Positions 40,561-53,283 of a stretch of 64,000 nt of DNA are shown here, piece after piece (position 1 is the stretch's first letter; each line of letters begins with the position of its first letter). Origin of the DNA: Spironucleus salmonicida. Its lineage: Eukaryota. The notes beneath the pieces were generated by a model, which saw nothing but the letters and a program-made list of their open reading frames with translations, was not told the DNA's origin and searched no databases. Where the stretch lies: NCBI RefSeq assembly GCF_000497125.1, contig NC_090596.1:620001-684000 (forward strand), in the 5' to 3' direction. The position numbers were made by a program, and so were the translations under genes.

Positions 40561-41219
40561 TACAGATACGGAATGAAAACTGTAAAAATAATATTTATTG
40601 CTTTAATTACATAAAAATAATATTATAAAATGTAGTGTAAAACTAAAAACTAAGAATAATCTAGCCGCAATTAATATTATCTACACAATTTATTTTCTCT
40701 AATATTAAGAATTTGGTGTTAACTCTATTCTATAACTGCATCTATTAAGGTTATTATAATAAATTAATCACAGTTCAAACGTTTGCTTTCTAAAATTCTT
40801 GAATAACATAATTTATAATATATAGAAGATTAGCCTGAAATCTTTCGATTTGAATTTCACTAACTAATATCTTGCTGATACAGTTAATGTATTTTATATA
40901 TTTCATTATTTATCTAGATTTAATATAGCTTAGATCTAATTGACATGAAAACTACTAATTGAAAATCAATATTCTCAATATTGTATTTGAAGCCATATTT
41001 AAATTAGCTATAAACTAACTTCCATCCAACTCCGATAATACTATACAATATCCACGAAAACCAGTAATTTCATCAGTTAATTAACTTCCTGTTATAATTC
41101 TTCACTTCATCACTATTTTTACATTCAAACCGCCACACAATATTTCTTTCCCATAAAAAACAAAAAATAATTATTATTATTATATCTAATCTAATGCATT
41201 CCCCAAAAACTAATCTCAA

Positions 41220-41690
41220 ATGCCCACCAACACAAAACCACCATCTTCCCCGTCTGTCATCTACAGACTGCAAGATGATTTGGTGTCCAAGAATGAGACC
41301 GGTAGAATATTGAAGAAACAGGCGAACTAGCTCCAAATTTTGAGCCAAAAAAATTTCGATTGCGAGGCCGAAATTTTGACTCTCAAAAACCGCTTCCACA
41401 GCCAGCACGTTGAAACCTCGCGCGAAAAGGCGCGGTTCGAATCGCGTATTTCGGAGCTAGAGGCCTCCAATCACGAGCTGACGAGGTACGTGAAGGACAC
41501 GACCTCGCAGTACAGGGCGCTGGCGGAGAAGCACCGCGATTTAGTCGGGTAAGTGCGAGCGTTTTAGGGCGTATATGGGGCGGTCTAGGAGCTCTAAAGG
41601 GCCGGTTCTGATGCTGTGCAGCACGTGCTGGATATCGCGCGGGAGCTTGAATACAAGGTTCTGCGGCTAGAGCAGAAATTGATATAGTGA
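41220..41690 (+). CDS. coiled-coil hypothetical protein (156 aa)
   Basis: Extends track ORF 41340-41552 at both ends and ends TAG TGA. Confidence 0.7.
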
Positions 41691-41937
41691 ATACATTATT
41701 TGGTTAAAAATCGGATATCTTACTTTCTTAAGTATTTATGCAGGTTACGATAAATTGACAGTTATTTAAGTATACGTAAACTTTTATAATAATGTATTAT
41801 CATTGTCATATTAATATAATTTTAGTTTTTACATTATTTTATTTGATCTCTAATTTTATAAAATTATTAATATTTAAAAATAAATATTTTACTTACTATA
41901 CATATTTGTCTATAAATAAGTCGTTTGCGTCTCAAAA

Positions 41938-43221
41938 ATGATGTTGTTTGTACTGTTGGCAAAATGTTATGTTTTTAACTACGAGCAGCCTAATCCAACT
42001 GCAGCAGATGCCGGTATTCACGTAATGCTTACAAACAGAGGACTATCAAAATACAGTGAGAATAATGTTGGTATTGCTATTAATGCTATTTAGGGAACTT
42101 TATAGCTTTCTGATATCAACTTTGATGTAGCATTATTCAAAATTTCTCTATAAGGCGGAAAATTTACATACATCAATTTAAAAGAGGTAGATGTACAAGT
42201 TTTTGATGATTTAGCCAGTCTTAAAGTACGTTAGGCTTCAGTTCATCTTTATTTTGGTCTATTTCTCTAATAGCAATCTTTTCCATACTTATAAGATTCT
42301 GGCTCATTGACAATTTTAATCGATGATCTCTCTATGTCTACCTAGGCTACTATAGAATTTCCCGATCTTTCATGCAAAAGAAAATTCAAAATAAACACAT
42401 TCAAGACGACTTTAGAAGTAAGAAGTTTTACCTTTAATTTTTAATGTGGACTATAAATTATCTTTAATGCAGTTGGTTCTCTCCTGACTTCATATCTTAA
42501 ACAGTAGTTAAATGGCGATTTAGGATAGGTTTTAGCAAAAACAGTACTTGAAGCCCTATTAACTTTATTATCTAATATGACAGAAGAAGCTACTGTGTAA
42601 TGGGATTACCCTATCTTTACTGATTAAAGACCTATGGAAGGAATAAAATTTTCTAATAATTTTCTTAGTGTTATGTACAGTGGTCAGAAAGTAGTTATAA
42701 AAGGATAAAATGCTGTGGGATGGTTAAAGGCTAGTATGAGCCCTGTCCCAAAATTTTATACTAACAATGACATTTAATATTTAGTAAATAAAGTTATTTT
42801 TAACAGTGGGTTACAACTATATTTAACTGGTCCTATGGTATTTGAAAGAGGTATTGATGGAATAAAATTTGTTAATATTACCTTAGTTAGGTTCCATAAT
42901 ATGGGAGCTTAAGTTGATGTCCTAGTTGAGTTTGATGGAAAATAAGAGACTCTCACATATCTTGAAAAGATAAAAATGTCTAGCACAGATATGGATAAGT
43001 AACTATTATTCGGTCGTTTAGGTATCAGGTTAACCAATCTTATTTCAAAGTCATCTCTTCTTACAGTTAATTAATTAAATACTTTGTCAACGTTTTTTGA
43101 TAAATCCTTTTCTTTGTATGATTTTTCAATTAATAACGTCGTAGGTGCAGATTTAGATTCTACAGGTTTTATTTACTTAAATGAAGACTGGGTGCATGTA
43201 GGTTTTCAGCTGAAGGAGTGA
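41938..43221 (+). CDS. BPI/LBP-like (TULIP) secreted lipid-binding protein (427 aa)
   Basis: Signal peptide MMLFVLLAKC followed by AGIHVMLTNRGLSKY, which resembles the BPI start PGxxxRITxKGLDY. Size fits two BPI domains. Confidence 0.7.
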
Positions 43222-43346
43222 TGCATAATTATAAATATTACTATTTTTTATTTTTAGATACTTATATTAAGTAACTAAATACATAGAATAATAGGTTTAC
43301 ATTCTAGGTGTTGCTTATTTTTATAGTATTCTACTAATTGTTATCA

Positions 43347-44105
43347 TCACTTCAAAATTTTACCAGAAACCTTTTCAAAAGCAAGTATTAATTAATCTCT
43401 AAGAGGAATTAGTTTATCGACTGGTAATGATCCTATAATATCCACAGTGTCACATGTTATTGTAATCTATGGGCTTTTCATAGAATTACGAGAATTTCCG
43501 TCTATTTTTTTCGTAATTAACTCGTACGTAATTATATATTAGTCGCTAAGTTCGTCTAGACTATCTTTCATTTTATAGCTAGCATTTTTATCCCGAAATT
43601 CTAGTAGACCTGCACGTAAAATCTAAGAACTCACACTTGGTAACTCAAAATGAGCACGCATATTAAAAAGTAGTAATTCATCGTAGGATACAATATAACC
43701 AGGTAAAATTTATGCAAAACATTATTTAAAATAACTTTGTGTGGCATGCATAGCACCAATTACATCTGTAATATCTCCTTCTAAATGGACATTCATATTT
43801 CCCCATATTTTGCAAGCCACACCGAAACGTCTAGGGTCTACATAAAGACATGCATGGTTGGTAGAATTTTAACCTGAAATTAAAGAGTAAGGAAAGGTCG
43901 CATCTTTTATTGTCCAAGCTAAAGGATTAAACAGTTCTGGTGTAAATTTCGATATTTACGTATACCCGAAAGAAATAGCTTCTCTATCTGGGTTCAAGTT
44001 AATTTTGTATGAAACTTTTACAGATTATATATATTCTTCCAATTAATCTATCTCATCCTAGGAATCATAATGTAAACGCATTACTTATGACATTCCGACA
44101 GACAT
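43347..44105 (-). CDS. 252-aa protein with possible highly divergent TATA-binding-protein fold
   Basis: Clean ORF ending AAG TGA. Two pseudo-repeats align by eye to the TBP repeats (see findings). Confidence 0.45.
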
Positions 44106-44220
44106 TTTAATAAGTTATTCTTTAGTATTATTTAATACTATTACGATATTAACCTTAAGTAAAGATATACTTAATAATACCATATAATAATATTTTATCT
44201 ATTTTCGATTTAAAGTAAAA

Positions 44221-47200
44221 ATGTCAAATCTGTTTTAACTATAAGAACTGACCAGTTTTGACAAAAAATAGGAGACTCTAGTCTTTTTACCTAATAATCT
44301 ATTAGTGTCTATATTTGATAAGACCACGCTTCAAATTCACACGGTTAACGGCCTAGAGCTCACCAAATTTTCAGAAAAAGTATTCAAAGCACCCATTTAA
44401 AGCTATTTTGTCGTACCGTACTACACGATTATATACCTCCTTTCGGGATCAGATGTTCACGTTTACAACTATCGCAAGGACACCACGAAAGTTGTTTACC
44501 GCGATGTTCAGCAGATAGCGCCCCACCACCCAGGCGCGGAGATCGTCGCGCAGCACCTACCTACCAGCGACTCCATCCGATCAGAAAGTGATTTTTTCGA
44601 AAACCAGCCTGTGCACCTCAGTTGCACGCGCCTCACGCAGAGCCTCTTCCAGGCCGCCGCGGCCGGGCTGGAGCCCGCAGCGTTCAGCTTCTTCCTGCTA
44701 TAAGGCGGCCTGCTGCACCTCGTGCACGCGCGCTCCGACGACCCGCTCGTGAGTTCGCCCGTCTTCGCGAGCGACGGCTACCAGGATGCCTTCTGGGACG
44801 ATTCCGAGAGCTCAAAAACCTCGCAGTTCGAGGCGGCGCTGCACTTCGCGCCGCAGCTCGCAAGTCTGCACCTCAGAAACGCGCAAATCGCGACTTTGCG
44901 CTGGGCCGGGCGCTGGCTGCTGCTGCTGCTCCAGAACGGCGATCTGATGCGCGCAGACCTTCGCAGGCTTGCGTTCAGCAACGCCGTGCGCGCGCTGGAA
45001 CAGGTGCCGCCAGTGAGCGATTTGGGGGGCCTTGCTGAGAGGCTCGACGAGGGCGTTGCGGCCCTCGCACTGGCGGGTCCAGCATGCTGCGCGCAGGGCT
45101 AAAACTCGCTCCGGCGGGCGCTGATTCGGAGGCTGGGCAAGGGCGTTGCGGTCGACCTGGCGGCGTCAGAATCTGGTTTCACGGACCGCGTCAAGACTGA
45201 TTTTGCGGAATAGAAGACCAGGGATCCTCAGCTTGACGTGCAGGGGTACCTGCGCAGCGGCGAAAATTACGAAAAATTCTTCAGCGCGTCACCGCCTCGG
45301 CGTTTTGCGAGGGCGCAGATAGCGGATGACGCCAGTAATAGTGAGCTGCTCGCTGCAGTTGGACGACAGCTGAACTGCGAGGTGCCATCCGGTACGCCCG
45401 TCGTTTTCAGTGCGCTCCCGGCGCGTATCCGGGTCGAGAAGGGCGCAGGGGCACTCGTGCACGCCATTTGCGCATACGACATTTCCGACGCATGGACATC
45501 CACTGGGAACGAGGAAATCGCGTTTTTGGCCCCCGCGCGCGAGCTTTCCTACCGTGCGCTCGGCTTCTGCGCGCAGATTCCCTTAATTTCAGCAATTTCC
45601 ACCTCCGTGACGTTCGTCAGGCTCCCGCAGCAAGCGGTCGCGTACCGTGCGTTGCTCGGGGACGCGGTTTCGCGCCAAATTGTGCCTGTTAGCGCGCCGT
45701 TTCTCGTGAAAAACGGTGCCTTCTTCCGGCTCGTGGGGGCCGATCGGGCGGTCGCACTTCGAAAGGCGCTGCGCGCGAGCATTGCGTCCTCATTACGGCC
45801 GGAGAGGCACGAAATCGAAGCATTTTCGCAGAAAATCGGTGCGCAGGAGAGCGCTCGGCGGGAGCTCGCGCTGCTGCACTTCGCTGCGGGCGACTTCACG
45901 GCCAGTGCGGAGCTCTTGGCGTCCTGTGGGGGCCTGAGCCCCATCGCTGTAGCGCGCCTCTTCCTCTCCGGCGCTACGCTGCGTGATGTGCGCTATTTTC
46001 GGCCCTAGGGGCGACTGGAACTCGCCCCGACAGGCGTTCTGGCGCGCTTCGCCCATTTCGGAATTTTCCACGATTTGGCTGTTTAGTAGATTTCACAAAA
46101 AGTTGATTCCAGCGCAGAAAGTGACTGGGAAAATCAAAATTTGTCGCTTTTTGAAATCGTGAAGGGATTGGAGCTCGGTGGGGAGGGGTTCGGGTTCGAC
46201 GGGGAGGTGAACGAGATGGCGCTGAATCGCGGGCAGGACGTGGCGCAGAAGCTGCAGGGGCTGCGGGTGTACCTGGTGTCGGTTTTGCAGCTGAAGGCAC
46301 TGGGCGCGCAGCTGGAGATTCCGTACTGCAGGAGTCCCGGGCGCTTGAGCGGCGAGCTCACAGCAATTTTGCAGGTTTTGCTGCTTGTAATATCAACTAC
46401 AATTCGATTTTCCACTCCTTTTATAGATGCTTCGATTTTGACCAAATAGTCGAATTTCGCGGACGTCATAGGGCTGCTTTTTGTCACTTAGAGGGTGGAG
46501 GAGGCGTGCCAGTTCGTTCGAAAAATCGACGAAATTGACAATTTTCAGAAGCTGATTTTGATTTCTAATAGCAAGTAAATTGACGATTTTGAGATTACAA
46601 ATTTTAATCAATTTTGGTTTTCCGCTCCTAAAATGTAGAATAAAAAATTGGTCAACTTAGCGGCTTAAAAATTCATTTTTAAAGTGAAGAATACAAATTC
46701 AAATCAACTTTCCATTTCTTCTTATGAGGACTTTTTGCTTTTTGAGAAAATTCAAATTTAGACTAGCAAGGATGGTTTTAAACTGCCTAAAAAGGAGACT
46801 GTTTTAGATGTTTTCAGTTACCTTTCGTGCTAGTTTTTCGATGAATTTTTGACAAAAATTTACTTTGAAAATGAAGACATCGAAAAGGAACGGAAGAGAA
46901 AATAGATACTTATTATATTATATATAGTATCTGAATGTATAAAATTTAGCCAAAATTATGAGAAATGCACTGATTTTACAGAGAAAAATAAGCATTCTTG
47001 GACAACTTAAAAACCCGTAGAATTTTTGAAAAAGTATATTATTTTATATAATAATGATGATAGATTTGAAAGAGAATTATTTAGGCAAATTAGAGACAAT
47101 TTGATTGGTATTTAGTTCTATTCTGATATTATTGGGCTTATAAACGTTAAAATAGGCGACTCTAACTCGTTTTTAAAGGATTTGAATACAGAAAATTTAG

Positions 47201-47781
47201 AAATATTTGAGTTGAAGTTTAATTAGATCCTGAGTTTTAACGCAGCAATTAGTAAATAGATTGCCTTTTAAGAGTAAAAGTCGGTGCATGAAGTTCAAGT
47301 TCTCGATGATTGTGAATTTGCGGACAATATTTCGTCTTTAGCAGCCCTTCGGAGTAGGGCCTGCTTCACTGTCAACTTAATACTAAAATTAACTAACTTG
47401 TGCGATAACCAACAACTTGACTTTTCCGATTACAAAAAATTAATCTTTAGGATATTATATAATAATGATTATTTAACAACTGTTCCGCTTCGAGTTCTTG
47501 AATGTATAAGTAAAGATCTCGATATTGAAACTATGGGTCAGTTTCTTATAGATTCGTAGGTCAAATAGCAATAGTTGCAATTTGACTTTTCGCTTCATCT
47601 TTAAAAGCTAAAAAATCAAAAAAGAAGCGAAAAATTAGATTTAACATAGAATAACAAGTAAATTTTGCTCAACGCACACACCAAGTGTGCAGAGTGTGGA
47701 AAACTGGTACAACAGAGCCGCGTGGCCACTAGAATCCGCAGAGGAGAGATGGAGGTTCTGCATTTCGCTTGTTCATAGTGA
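44221..47781 (+). CDS. Vps39/Vam6/TGFBRAP1-like HOPS/CORVET subunit (about 1186 aa)
   Basis: A single frame joins track ORFs 44722, 45238, 46141 and 47284. The C-terminus ILLNAHTKCAECGKLVQQSRV...VLHFAC matches the Vps39-type zinc finger. Confidence 0.7.
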
Positions 47782-48250
47782 TATTTTCGGTTATTTGATG
47801 CGGTTTTTGTATTTTAATATAAAAGGCATTACTTTTATGATAAACATTGTGTTTTTAATATTTTTATCTTGTATTTGACTTTTTGAGATTTCATTTATAT
47901 TATTTTGAATTAGTGTTGGCTACACATGGCTATTTGGGCAATTTGGCGATTTTCTAGTGTTAATAATAATGTGAGCATAAAAATTAGTTAAATACTTAAG
48001 CTGTCAAAATATTAGTTAATAAAATAGACGATTACGTGTCTAAGGTATGGAATAGTTATCTAATTTCGGAAGGTTTTGTAATACAAAAATTAAATTGAAA
48101 ATTACTAGATAGAGGTAAATATATGTAAGATCAGAGAGATAATTTATTTTTTTCTAAAATAAATCTTACGTTTATATCCTTCGATATAGAATATATAATT
48201 ATAATAAATTTTAAATAAAAATAAAAATTAGATCAAAATAGGTGTATTCA

Positions 48251-48514
48251 TCACTTCCTGGAGCTATTTTAGCTAAGGTGGCTGCTTTTGTAAATTGGTG
48301 TACATTCCTCCTATAAGCTAAATTTTATTTCTTCTGGGAGTAGCCATAGTGGTGTTTCTTTGACAAACTTCCACTCTGTCTATGAAACCTCACTATTTTA
48401 ACTTTTTCGCAAGGTTTCGCATTAATTATACGGTAACTCATTTAAATAGTTGCTCTATGACAGTGAGCTATCTTTACTACTTCTAAAAATCCTATTTCTT
48501 GATCTCCTCTCCAT
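48251..48514 (-). CDS. small hypothetical protein (87 aa)
   Basis: MERRSRNRIFRSSKDSS...SSRK*, ending AAG TGA. Confidence 0.55.
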
Positions 48515-48742
48515 GTAATTTTAAATTATGTTTATATTTAATATTATATTTAAGATAAATATAAAAGTTTCAAGATTCTTGTAGATTTAATTATAATTAG
48601 GTTATTCTGATAAAATTTTTCTGTATGGAAAACCGAACCTAACATAAAATATCATCTATATCGATAACCTTTTAAATCTGCAATTTCAACTCTAACACTT
48701 ATTAAAATTTAATTGATTTTCATATCGATTCAATTCACATAA

Positions 48743-49252
48743 ATGAAAATGAACATGGACAAAAAACCGCTATACGGTGACCTACAGATTCCGCATTTCA
48801 GGATCTAGCAGATCTTGAGTCAGAGGACTTCTGGAGCGAAGCCTGCAAAAGATAGCACTGTGAAGTACAACAACTTCATTTCTGCATTTCAGTCCAGCAA
48901 AAACACCAGGCAGTGGAAGTCAGCGCTCAGAGATATCTAGCCCGTGCAAGAGATAAAGTTAATAACACAGTTCACTTTCAAATTCCACGAAGACGACTTG
49001 CTACCTGCGATAGCTACCGACTTCAGCAAAACGTTCTAGGCGGACGACTTGAGCAACGACACCTACTTCGGGAACATCGAAACACACAAGATCTTCATCT
49101 ACAAGATCCAGTAGGAAATAGGCCGTTGCAAGGCGCTGGTGAAGCAGGTCCAGGAAATCGACGATTTCGCCGACGTGCTCGGCATCAAAATCACAAAGCT
49201 GGGCAGTGACCTTCGCACGCAGAATGTAAGCGCGTCCAAGAAGCCTAAATGA
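48743..49252 (+). CDS. hypothetical protein (169 aa)
   Basis: MKMNMDKKPLYGDLQIPHF...ASKKPK*, with coding-like GC3 bias. Confidence 0.7.
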
Positions 49253-49255
49253 GCC

Positions 49256-51547
49256 TCATACGCCCTCCGTCTCGCTAACTCGACACGCGCTGCACATCTC
49301 TGCACCCCCGCAGCGCCCTCCGTGCTGCGCGTGGCCGCACATGAACACGTGGAAGTCGCTCCCGGTCACAATTTCACCCCCGCAGGCACCGCAGACACAT
49401 CCCTCATCTACCCGTATAAACCGGCGTTCTAGCGCGACCCGGCGTCTCTCCAACGTGGCCTGCGCGAACTTCTGGGACCCGAGTGAGTTTTTGCAGTTCT
49501 CAAGCCGGGCCTGCAGGCCCTCGAAAACAGCTTTTTTGTCCGCATCGCGCACCGGTGCGGCCTGGCCCCGTTTCTAGCGCACGCCGAAGGCCTACGCCAC
49601 TTCCGTTCCGATTTTCTGCACGAAACGCGCCTCCGCTACCGCGATCGGCGCGGTCTCTAAACGGTCCAAAGCGAGCGCCTCCGCCAGCTACGAAATCGCG
49701 CGCAGTTCGTGCAGCTGGTAGCCGAGCTCCGCGCTCTCCAGCGACTCAGGAACGCTCGAAAGCGCGTTCAGAAGGTCGCTTTTCACCTCCTCGTCGCCGC
49801 TGTACTTGATCGTCGAAATATAGTTTTGGAGCATATGCGCGTCGAGCTCCGCCCCGCCGCACATGTTCTTATCGATTAGCATAAGCAAGTTTACGCTTTT
49901 TTAAGACAGAAAATTGCGGTTTTTCAGCGCAAAATTTGCGATTTTCCGCTCTAAATTCAACCCGTTCCGATGCGCAAAAACGCACAGAAACGCCACGAAC
50001 TCGCCGCACTCGCGGAAGGCGCCCAGGAAGTCGATTCCGGCCTCAGCGTTCTGGACCGAAACGCCGCTCCGGAACGCGATTTTCACGAACTCCAGCGGGC
50101 CGATTCCTGCCATTTTGAGCTTCCGCGCCCCCTCCGCGAAGTCATTTTTCTCGCACAACGCGACGCCCCAGCGCCGCAGCACCTCCCGCGGGTCAGAACT
50201 GTAAAACTCAGCCCGCTCGAACTGATATAACTCCAGAAATTGCCTGGAAAAATCGGCGGCGAAATCGACCGAAAACAGCGAATTCCGCTCGGTTCCGCAC
50301 GCGAAAAGCACGTTCTGACAGCCAGAAATTGAATTGAAAAGCTCGATTTAGATGCTTTTTTTACTCATTATATCAGTTAGAATCAGTCCGCTCCCTCCAA
50401 TTTAAGCGATTTTGGAGCCCAGCACGACGAGCTGCGGGCTGGGGAACGCGCTTTTGGGGCCCTCTGAAACGTCGAATTTCGCGAGTTTCTGCTGCACTTT
50501 CAGCGCGAAATCGGCCTCGAAAAGCAGGAAATCGGGCAGCGAGCGTACGCCCTCCGCAGCTCCCAAATACAGCGCCTCCAGCTCCGGAAACTCGCAGTGC
50601 GCGATTTGCGTCGCAAAAACGGTTTTTTCTGTCGAATTTAAAAACGTTATATCAGTTGTTTCTGTCAGAGTCTCCCAGCCGTCTTCTCGAATCAATTTTT
50701 CGAGCTCAGAATCGCTGATTTGGTCGATTTTTGCGCTCGTCCTCTCCTTTTTTTCGAGCGTAAACGCGCAGGTCCAATTGGAGCGGGAAAGCGATAACGC
50801 GTTGGGGGAGTTGACGACGAAGTTGCCGTGGAAGTTCGTCGTGTAGTCCGTGCTGACGGGGCCTCCCCGGAGCAGTACTCCGCCGCGTAGCAGTGCGCGC
50901 TCGTTGCTGGCGAGCAGCGTGTCCGCAACGCAGGCGCCGCGTCCAGAGAGCACTTTGAGCCCATTTTCCGTGCTCAGCAAAATCACGTGCTGCCTGGCAG
51001 ACGCCGCACGCGTGCCAGATACGGTTAGCGGCAGGAAGTCCATAGGCGCATAAGACACGCCCAGTTCTGCGGAGCATGGTGAGCTCCCTGCACGCGCAGC
51101 GAGGCCTGCGAGCTGTTCGGGGATGTCGAACGCCGTAAAACCGATTCCGGTGATCTGCTGGTCCGCGCGGAAGACTAGCCGGGGCTTCCTGATGTGCGCT
51201 GAGAGGTAGTGCACCTCACCAGACTTTGATCCTAGGAGCAGCTCGCCGCCGCTGAAAAATCCGGTCTGGACGCCAGGAAGCTACAGGTCCTGGATATCGC
51301 CGTTGAGGGCAATTTGAAGCGTTTTCGAGGATAAGCAGGCGTATGAGTGCGTGTCTGTAAGGATTAGCAGAAAGTTGGACGATGGGACGATGCCGAATTT
51401 CACCTGCTGGGAGAATGAAGCTGACTGCCTGATGAAAATATAACTGTCGGAAGCCTCAAATAACTGGGCTTCAGTACCATCGTACAGCGCTGTTTGGAGT
51501 AGTTGGTACGCGTCGTTAGGCTGAATTAGGGCTGCAGACTCAATCAT
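49256..51547 (-). CDS. Vps18/Pep3-like HOPS/CORVET core subunit (763 aa)
   Basis: Five same-frame track fragments join into one ORF. A C-terminal coiled coil is followed by a RING-like CGACGGEIVTGSDFHVFMCGHAQH..C...CSAC. Confidence 0.7.
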
Positions 51548-52312
51548 TTTGAGCTTAAACGGTAATGTGTGATTTAAGTATATATAAATGCTTGTTAAAA
51601 AATAATTTTTAAAAAATAAACTTTTATATAATATAATAATGAAATAATTTTAGAATTCAGGAGAAGTTTCTAGATATTTGTCGTTTTAACAGCTGTATAC
51701 TTATTTCAAGCAATGAATATAGCATATAGAGGTGATTTAAAAGTCTGTTAAGTTTAATTTATTACTATGGTTGAGATTCTTGATAAATAATTGATAGAAA
51801 ATTATGAAATGAATAAATTGGGATAATTGGTGTAGTTTTCGCTGTTAATATAAATAATGTCAAGTAAAGATAGTGACATATATAAAATACATTTAATAAT
51901 TATTTAATTAATTAAATAATGAATTATAAGCAGGCAATATGCACTTGATAGTATCTAAAAGGAAATTGTTGTCTAAATACGTAATCATAAGTTAAGGTAC
52001 AGAAAATATTCGTAGTAGTTAGTAAGAATAAACAGCTATTTTATGAATCTGATTAAGTTTATTACGAATAGTAAGCTAAATAATAATTATCATTATTCAG
52101 CTAAACTAATTAATATCTTCTTAATAAATTATAGAATCAAAAATATTAAATCTATTATTTGGAAATTAAAATTTAATGTATGCAATATTTGTAGCATATA
52201 TAAGTAATCCACTAAATGTAAATATATTATTTTATATATAACATTTATAACATAAATTATATATAATTTAGTAATATATAATTTTTCAAACTCTAACATT
52301 CCGCAAAATAAC

Positions 52313-52870
52313 ATGGGTTGCGGTTCATCTCAGACGTAAGATCTAACTAAGTCAGAAAATAACACGAATGCGGAGGGTTTAAATCCAAAAGAATCTGAGG
52401 CTCCTTAGGGAAGATCAGCTCCTCCACCTGCTTAAACTAATGGCATTTCTATTAATATAGGCGAAAAGACTAATACGTAATAAACAGCAAAATTAACCAC
52501 CGAACATATGATGATACCTTCACTAACACTATCTATGCATGGCGGTTAGGCCATGACTGTTGGTTAGGATTTCCTTACAGATGCTTAAGTAATGATTTGT
52601 GCTCCTAGTAAAAATGTTATTAAATTTACAGCTACAGGTGATGGTAAAATAATTTTAGTTGCATTTGCTCCAAGAGTTTTCCCTTTAACATCTATTACTG
52701 AGGTTATAGAATAAGCAGAGGGTGAGGGCGAAGTAACTTTAGAAGTTACGAGCACCAGTATAAATGGATTTATTGTTGCTGTTGGTTCTGAGGGTAGAGA
52801 AATTAGCTTAGCCATTGACGGTTAAGGAAAGCCAATTTTATCACTCCTTCATGTTGAGCCTTTACCATGA
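52313..52870 (+). CDS. protein with MGCGSS dual-acylation N-terminus (185 aa)
   Basis: MGCGSSQTQDLTKSENN..., with a low-complexity linker and then a beta-rich domain. TGA at 52868-52870. Confidence 0.75.
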
Positions 52871-52932
52871 TTAAATTGTGATATTTGTTATTATATACTT
52901 TTAATGATATATTATATTTTTCACTTTACTAA

Positions 52933-53266
52933 ATGTCGAAGTATTCCGTAACTATTGATGAAACTGTATGTCTAAACTTTTTTAATGTAACTTATACTAA
53001 CAAACTAGATGGATAAGAGTATCTTATAAGACTTAAAATTTGAGGAATAAAATAATCATTTGGTAACTAAATCAGACAAGTATTAATTAATTGAAATCAA
53101 ACGCTAACAATAGACCTTTTTATCTAACAGCATGAAAGATAAAAAAGTCAAGAGATCATATATTATTTCTTGTATCTTTGAGGAAGTTGTTCCAGATATA
53201 AAATATTCCATTCCCAATCTCCCTTCATCTAACTGGACTCAGAATCTTTAAGCCTATAATAAATGA
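52933..53266 (+). CDS. small spliced gene, join(52933..52965,53009..53266), 96 aa hypothetical protein
   Basis: The unspliced frame stops at codon 37. Removing the 43-nt intron gives MSKYSVTIDET-MDKSILQDLKFEEQ...QAYNK*. Confidence 0.8.
52966..53008 (+). other. 43-nt spliceosomal intron
   Basis: GTATGT 5' splice site, AT-rich interior, and fused branch point/3' splice site ACTAACAAACTAG. Confidence 0.88.
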
Positions 53267-53283
53267 TATTATATTAATTTGAC

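Noticed and set aside
44622-51077. Numerous overlapping Arg/Ala/Pro-rich ORFs in the track (also around H3, GAS8 and CFAP57)
   Set aside because: They are shadow ORFs on alternative frames or strands of GC-rich real genes.
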